A stretch of 64,000 nt of DNA, from NCBI GenBank assembly GCA_965644315.1, contig CBFFRQ010000067.1, forward strand, positions 496,001 to 560,000. The letters are read 5' to 3'. Under the pieces are notes generated by a model, which was not told the origin of the DNA, ran no database searches, and saw nothing but the letters and a program-made list of their open reading frames with translations. A program made the translations under genes and the position numbers. This DNA comes from Caecitellus pseudoparvulus. Lineage: Eukaryota > Protista > Bigyra: Bicosoecida. Positions 58,528-64,000 of this stretch are shown here, in pieces (within the stretch, counting starts at the first letter, position 1; each line of letters begins with the position of its first letter).

Positions 58528-61500
58528 ATGCAAGGGAACATGGACCAAACGTCCTCTGCACACAGCCGCGCTGTCCGCTTCCAGGCTGGCCTGAAGGGCT
58601 CTCCGTCGTCTGGCGGGCAGGGCAGCCGAAACGCCGCAGGAGCCTGGGTGGCCGGCGCTGGACCAGGCAGCCAGGCCAGGTCGCCAGTGCACGCGCCAAC
58701 CGGTGCCTTGGCAGGCACAGGGGTGGTGGTTTCCCCCATGCGCCCTGCAGCCGCCCTGGCCTCCAGCGCTGGGGCCCGACGCAGGCCAACCTCGGCACTG
58801 TCGCATGCAGCCAGCACCCGACAAGCCAAAGCCCACGCGCAAGGGCTGGCACATGCAGGCCTGCTCTCCACCTCTACAACCGCACACATACCACCTAAAT
58901 ATAAGAGGGTGAGTGAAGTTGCCTGCTGAGCCCCTGAGGCCCGAGCACTTACATTGACGCCAAGGTTTTCACTCATCTCTCCTCCCCGCCACAGCCTCGC
59001 AGTGCCGGAGGAGGCTCCAAGGGGGGGGCACGTATACTGGGGCCCACAACAGGACACCGGGCCACTGCTTCGACACGTACAACTCCCGCCTCGCCACAGG
59101 CCCACCAGGGCCTCAACACGGGCCCACGCCGCCGTCAGCCGACTGCGCAGACGAACCGCGCGCCGGGCGTCACTGCCCGGCGGGCCCAGCCTGGGCGATT
59201 CGCGCAATCTCTTGCCACACCAGCGTCCCAGCTTCCGAGCGTTGATGCCATCCACGGCGTGCCTGTCGCTTCCCCCTCCCAGGGCTCTGCCCCACAACCG
59301 CGCTCCTACCTTCTGGCTGGCCAAGCTGCCACCTTCACACCCAGCGGCACCCTGCCCACCGCTGCGACCGCCACTGCTGCCACCTTTGCGTTGCCTCAGC
59401 GCCGTACCCGCGGCGATGAGCTGTCTCATGGTGCTGCTGTGCAAGCACTGCAGGGGCGGGCGCCTGCTCTCCCCTCCACGCAGCGCGTGGGGTCCATGCT
59501 GGTCATGTCACACGACGGCAGGCAACTGCCTGGTGCGGAATCCTGGCGCGGACACGCCACGGCGCACGCGGTGGCGACACGAAGTGCCACTCCCGGCACC
59601 ATGGCTCGCCTGGCCAGGCCCACCTCTGCCTCCTCCAGCAAAGCCACCCGCTATGCCGTGGACCCCACCGCCGTGGGCGGCATGCGAGTCACAGCGGGCA
59701 AGGGCCGCACGCGCTTTGGCGGCGCGGGGCAGTCCTACCCTTCTGCAGACGTGCCCTCGGCAGCCCAAGTTCGCGACGACCTCCAGCGGCGACAAGCAGA
59801 GGCAGCCAAGCGTGTGCAAGCTGCCATGGTGGCACAAACACGTGCGCTCACCGCCCATGGTGTGGTCAAGCGCCCTGCGGCCGGTGCAGAGTCCAAAGCT
59901 GATGCTGGAGTCGGGACAGGGCGCCACGCAGTGCAGGTGGACGGGGAGGCGGCAGTGGGAACTGACGCCCCTGTCCGCAGCAAGGCACGCCCCGCCAGCG
60001 CCACGCGAGCCCGACCTTCCTCTGCCCATGCGCCCATCTTGGTGCAACACCGCAAGGGGGCGCCAAGCCGACAGGGAACACGCCGCCAGACCGCGCCCCC
60101 CGCTGGCGCCTACACCCTCCTCCCCACCACATCGGCAGCTGGCGCCAGTGTACGGGGGGGTGCCTCGCACCAGCTTCGAGGCAGCTCAATTGGGATGGGG
60201 CAGTCCCAAGCTGACCAACGGCGCCCGGGGGCAACGTTGCCGTCTGTGCAGGGGGCGACTCCCACGCACTGGGCAGGCGCACCCCGCACAGTGCTCCAGC
60301 GACGCACCGACTACCGGGGTGATGCTGCACGCTACGCGGAACAAGTGGTCACTGCCGCCCACACTGCGACAGGCACACTGCCCACACCCACGGAGGTGCT
60401 CTCACGCTCAGCTGCGCTTGATGTGTCGTACTCCTTCGCCACAGCCGGCGACGTGCATGGACCAGGCGCGACAGGTCGCAAGCGCCGACCCCACACGGCT
60501 GGAACTGGGCTTAGCGTGGGCACTGTGGACTTCCAACCTGAGCTGTGGGCATCTCTCCGAGGCAGCGTGCACGCCCAGCCATGGGGCGCTGCCCCTCCGC
60601 GCCGCCAGAACACCGCAGCCGCCCGGGTACGCCAACTTTGCGGGCCACGTCCCCACTCTGCAGCCCCCGCACCACGTGGCGCCCACCGGCCCCGCAGCGC
60701 TGAAGCAGCCCACAGTGCTCAGACCGAAGGAGTGGCTACGTCCACGCAAGCAGGTGGCACTCACCAGCCTCGTCGAGAGAGCGGCGGCCTTCCAGGTCGC
60801 ATGCCCCGGCGCCAGGTCACAGTCGCAGCGGGCATCTTGGATGCCTCACATGTCCTGCACGACGCCCAGCTGCAGCACGCGCACCAAGCAAGGGCTGCTC
60901 GCAGTCCGACGTCGCTCAGCCCCAAGCGCAGACCCACCAGCGCCTCTCCCCGCCTCAGCACACCCCGCGACAGCCCCACAGCTCGGCCCCCCTCTCCACA
61001 CCGCTCTCGCCCCGCCTCGGCCAAGCCCCGTAGAGGACCAGCGTTCGCGCGTAGCTCCGAGGTGGATGCCGGCGACTCCCCGACTCTGTTGCGTCAGTCT
61101 CAGGCTCATGCGGCCGCCACCCTGACGCACCCAGCCCACCCCAGCATCAGACTGGACGCTTCGGCACCCACCACGGCTGCCACACTCGCGGACTACGGCG
61201 CCGAGCTGCCGTCCAGCTCGGAAGCAGAGTGTGACTCGCCCAAACCCGGGGCGTTGGCTGTCCTGGGCGTGGCGGCAACGCGGCAGGATCGCACCGCAAC
61301 CCCGCAATCCCCAAGCAGCGGCACTGCCCACCGCCACCAACTTGCAGCATCGCCGCATGCCCAGCCTGTACAGAGCGACAAGGTGGCTTCTGGAAGTGGC
61401 CCGATCTCGCCATCTGGCAAGGGCACTCACGGGCACGCCCACGTGACGTGGGCGCCCTCACCCCCTACTTCCGATGCTGCACTGGAGGGACGGCACACCG

Positions 61501-62015
61501 CGCCCACCATCGACACAGCCTTACCTGCTCCTGCCGGCACGCCTCCCAAACCTATAAAGGGCCGCACTGCACCCGCCCCGCTTCCCGAGGCACCCCAGGC
61601 CTCCAGCATCGCAGCCAAGTACAGCGGCGGTGACTCGCCACACGCACCTCCAAGGCCTGACCCGTGGCTGGCCAGCATAGTCCTGCCCCACCTGCGCCAG
61701 GCCGCATCCAAGCGCCGCTCGGCTCTGCAGGGCATCGAGGATGCAGCGGGAATGCTGCCGCTGGTGCCTGCTGCGTCAGCCTCGCCCCCGGGAGGGGGCC
61801 AGGCGCCCACCACGTCCAAAGACACCTGCGAGGGAGGGCGGGAAGCTCCACCTCTCCTTGCCCCTGCCACCGTTCGCGCTGGACGTGCACCTCGCAGCCC
61901 AGCGCGGAGCCTTACGACGCCCCATGGAAACGAGACTCCCTTTCAAGCGACGCCAGAGGCGAAAAGCCGACCAGGCGCGGTGCTGGGAGCGACAGGGACA
62001 CCCTGGAGCGAGTAG
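58528..62015 (+). CDS. Long low-complexity basic protein with many RPx[S/T]A motifs; intron 58909-58994
   Basis: GTGAGT...CACAG intron joins ORF 58270-58929 in frame to ORF 59259-62015. RPTSA, RPASA, RPSSA, RPHTA, RPHSA and RPRSA motifs recur. Confidence 0.65.
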
Positions 62016-62472
62016 CCTGGCTCGGTACATGCTGGGCTGGGAGTATGGGCGGTACATTGCTGTTTGTTCTGCATTCAGGTGCAGCCGCCACGCGAGTCCG
62101 GCGTTTGCTGGGTTGGCGTGGAGGCCGGCCAAGCAAACTTGCACTGCACCGCTTGCAACAGGGCAGGGCGTGTACACATGGACACGATGCACCACATGCT
62201 TCACCCAAGGCAGCCACCAGCATGGCCTGAAGTGCCAAGAGCATTGCAGGCGAGCACTGTATCTAGAGCAGCGCAAATGACCGATCTGTGGCGCGTACAA
62301 GCCCGTTGTGTAGCTGCAATGAGTCCGCCTGCCAGGCTGCACTCCATCTCTGCACTCCTGAACCAACCACAGCCGGTGCAAGTCCCGTACAACCACCCAT
62401 TCTCGTCATGCACACTCGGCATGTGTGGCAAGGCGGGCGATCTTGACATTCTCCTTTTGCCGTCCCCCCTGC

Positions 62473-63471
62473 TCACTCTGACCGTGAAGCCTTCCCTGCC
62501 GGAGATGCTCTTGCTGACCGTCTGTGTGGCCGTGGCTGCCTCCGCGCTCTCAAGGTTGCGCGCAGCAGCACCATGGACCGCCGCCCTTGCCGAGTGCTCG
62601 TGCCGCCCCACACAGCATCCTTGCCGAGCCGCACAGCTGCCTGTCCGGCCTCAAGTCGTGCTTGCAGTGGGATGGAGCGATGGCCGGTAAGGGCCAGAAG
62701 CTCTCGAATCACGTCCGCCTGTGCTCTTTCCCAGGCATAACGGAAAGCAATGTCACTCTCGCCCCCAACTCCAGCATGCACGTCCACGGCTCGGTGCCCA
62801 GTCAATGCGAGCAGCTCGCGCACCACATCCACGTGACCCTTAATACAGGCCCATAGGAAGCCAAACTCAGGCTCACCCACAGGCCCAGCGTGCACATCCA
62901 CCTCACGGTGCCCAGTCAGCGCCAACAGCTCGCGCACCACTGCCGCATGTCCGTACTGACAGGCCCATCGAAAGCCAAACTCAGGATTACCCTTACAGCC
63001 AGCATGCACATCCACCTCACGGTGCCCAGTCAGTGCCAGCAGCACACGCACCACTTCCAGATGCCCATTGCGGCAGGCATACCGGAAGCAATACTCGGGG
63101 TAGCCCTTGGGTCCAGCGTGCACATCCACCTCGCGTTCACCTGTCAGAGCCAAGAGCTCGCGCACCACATCAATGTGTCCGTGCACACATGCAGCTCGGA
63201 AGCCAGCCTCGGGCCCATCATCATCCCCAGTATGCACATCCACAGCACAATCCCCCTCCAACGCCAGAAGCTTGCGCAGCAAATCCGCGTGCCCTGTCCT
63301 GCATGCAGCCAGAAACACTGCTGTTGACTCGCTACTCGTCAAGCCTTCCACCTCCGCCTCCACACCACCCCCATTCCCCTGCAACAAGCTTAGCAGTTGA
63401 CTCGTCTCCTCAGCATCACATGCGGTCCGCCACTTCGCAAAAAAGAAGTGATTGCCGCTGTCGTCAGCCAT
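62473..63471 (-). CDS. Ankyrin-repeat protein with 38-aa repeats, intronless
   Basis: Repeats such as PEFGFRWACQYGHAAVVRELLALTGHREVDVHAG; ATG at 63471 (MADDSG). Confidence 0.88.
   Translation of the reverse strand: MADDSGNHFFFAKWRTACDAEETSQLLSLLQGNGGGVEAEVEGLTSSESTAVFLAACRTGHADLLRKLLALEGDCAVDVHTGDDDGPEAGFRAACVHGHIDVVRELLALTGEREVDVHAGPKGYPEYCFRYACRNGHLEVVRVLLALTGHREVDVHAGCKGNPEFGFRWACQYGHAAVVRELLALTGHREVDVHAGPVGEPEFGFLWACIKGHVDVVRELLALTGHRAVDVHAGVGGESDIAFRYAWERAQADVIRELLALTGHRSIPLQARLEAGQAAVRLGKDAVWGGTSTRQGRRSMVLLRATLRARRQPRPHRRSARASPAGKASRSE
62670..63310 (-). repeat. 114-bp tandem coding repeat (about 5-6 units) in the ankyrin gene
   Basis: TGCACATCCACCTCACGGTGCCCAGTCAG occurs at 62891 and 63005 (114 bp apart), with related copies near 62777, 63119 and 63233. 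Confidence 0.85.
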
Positions 63472-63711
63472 GGTATGTTGGATCCAGTTTCCGCACTTCC
63501 CCACCTCTCACCAACCTACGCTACTGCACGGGTAGCACAGGCGGTACAGGCAAGAAGCTTGATCGCCTGTGCACACTGCACAACCATAGAAGGGTGTATT
63601 GTGTCTGACCAAGGGCATTGAATGCCCGGCATTGCGTGTCATGCCCATTTGAATGTGCTTGGCTCACGGCGTGTGCATTGCCCAGGTCACAGACCACGCC
63701 TGCGCCCCCGC

Positions 63712-64000
63712 TCACTCTGACCGTGAAGCCTTCCCTGCTCGCGACCCCACTGCACTGCCTGCGTGTGGCCGTGGCCGCTTCCGTGCTCTCAAGGTTGCGC
63801 GCAGCAGCACCATGGCGTGCCGCCCTTGCCGAGTGCTCGTGCCGCCCCACACGGCATCCTTGCCAGGCTGTACAGCTGCCTGACCAGCCTCAAGTCGCGC
63901 TTGCAGTGAGATGGCGCGATGGCCGGTGAGGCCCAGCAGCTCACGCACTACGCCAACGTTTCCATGCTCACAAGCAATTTGAAAGCCATCCTCAGACGTC
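63712..64000 (-). CDS. Second, paralogous ankyrin-repeat gene (5' part outside window)
   Basis: Frame is open to the window edge (TSEDGFQIACEHGNVGVVRELLGLTGHRAISLQARLEAGQAAV...GKASRSE*). 63705-63945 aligns closely with 62466-62705. Confidence 0.85.
   Translation of the reverse strand, partial: TSEDGFQIACEHGNVGVVRELLGLTGHRAISLQARLEAGQAAVQPGKDAVWGGTSTRQGRHAMVLLRATLRARKRPRPHAGSAVGSRAGKASRSE

Noticed and set aside
58954-61125. 723-aa alternative-frame ORF on the + strand
   Set aside because: The splice-supported frame with RPx[S/T]A motifs is the other one; this frame is Pro/Arg/Cys/Trp noise.
62670-63310. CRISPR-like repeat/spacer appearance of the 114-bp units
   Set aside because: The units are in-frame ankyrin coding repeats in a eukaryotic gene; no cas genes.
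1-64000. Non-canonical introns, introner repeats or stop-codon reassignment
   Set aside because: Every intron I traced is GT-AG, I saw no shared sequence between introns, and conserved genes end at TAA, TAG or TGA with no in-frame stops after splicing.

Overview
This is a GC-rich, very gene-dense eukaryotic nuclear segment of about 26 protein-coding genes. It has short canonical GT-AG introns (mostly GTGCG/GTGAG...YAG) and uses the standard genetic code (TAA, TAG and TGA all serve as stops). The gene content (kinesin-2, CIPK-like kinase, hybrid histidine kinase, plant/protist-type TyrRS, bacterial-type mitochondrial MutS) suggests a heterotrophic flagellated protist, plausibly a stramenopile (inference only). 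Left to right: MutS/MSH1 (5'-truncated), mitochondrial SerRS, an intronless orphan with an internally duplicated unknown domain, TBL2-like WD40, multi-TM hybrid histidine kinase, Wee1-like kinase, secreted bacterial-like alpha/beta hydrolase, repeat-bearing low-complexity protein, SEL1L3-like LamG/SEL1 protein, Rab5, GRP94, cyclin, CIPK-like kinase, a hypothetical gene, mtHSP70, a small membrane protein, kinesin-2, enoyl-CoA hydratase, PKA-C, TyrRS, RCC1-repeat protein, a Zn2Cys6 transcription factor hidden by an intron, U1A/U2B'', an RPx[S/T]A-motif protein and two tandem paralogous ankyrin genes. I found no rRNA, tRNA, CRISPR array or recognisable transposon. The most notable items are the ankyrin genes, which vary at DARPin-like surface positions on a near-identical framework, the duplicated-domain orphan, the Zn2Cys6 factor with a PAS-like region, and the insertion-split histidine kinase. 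Gene models were spliced by eye and no database searches were run.
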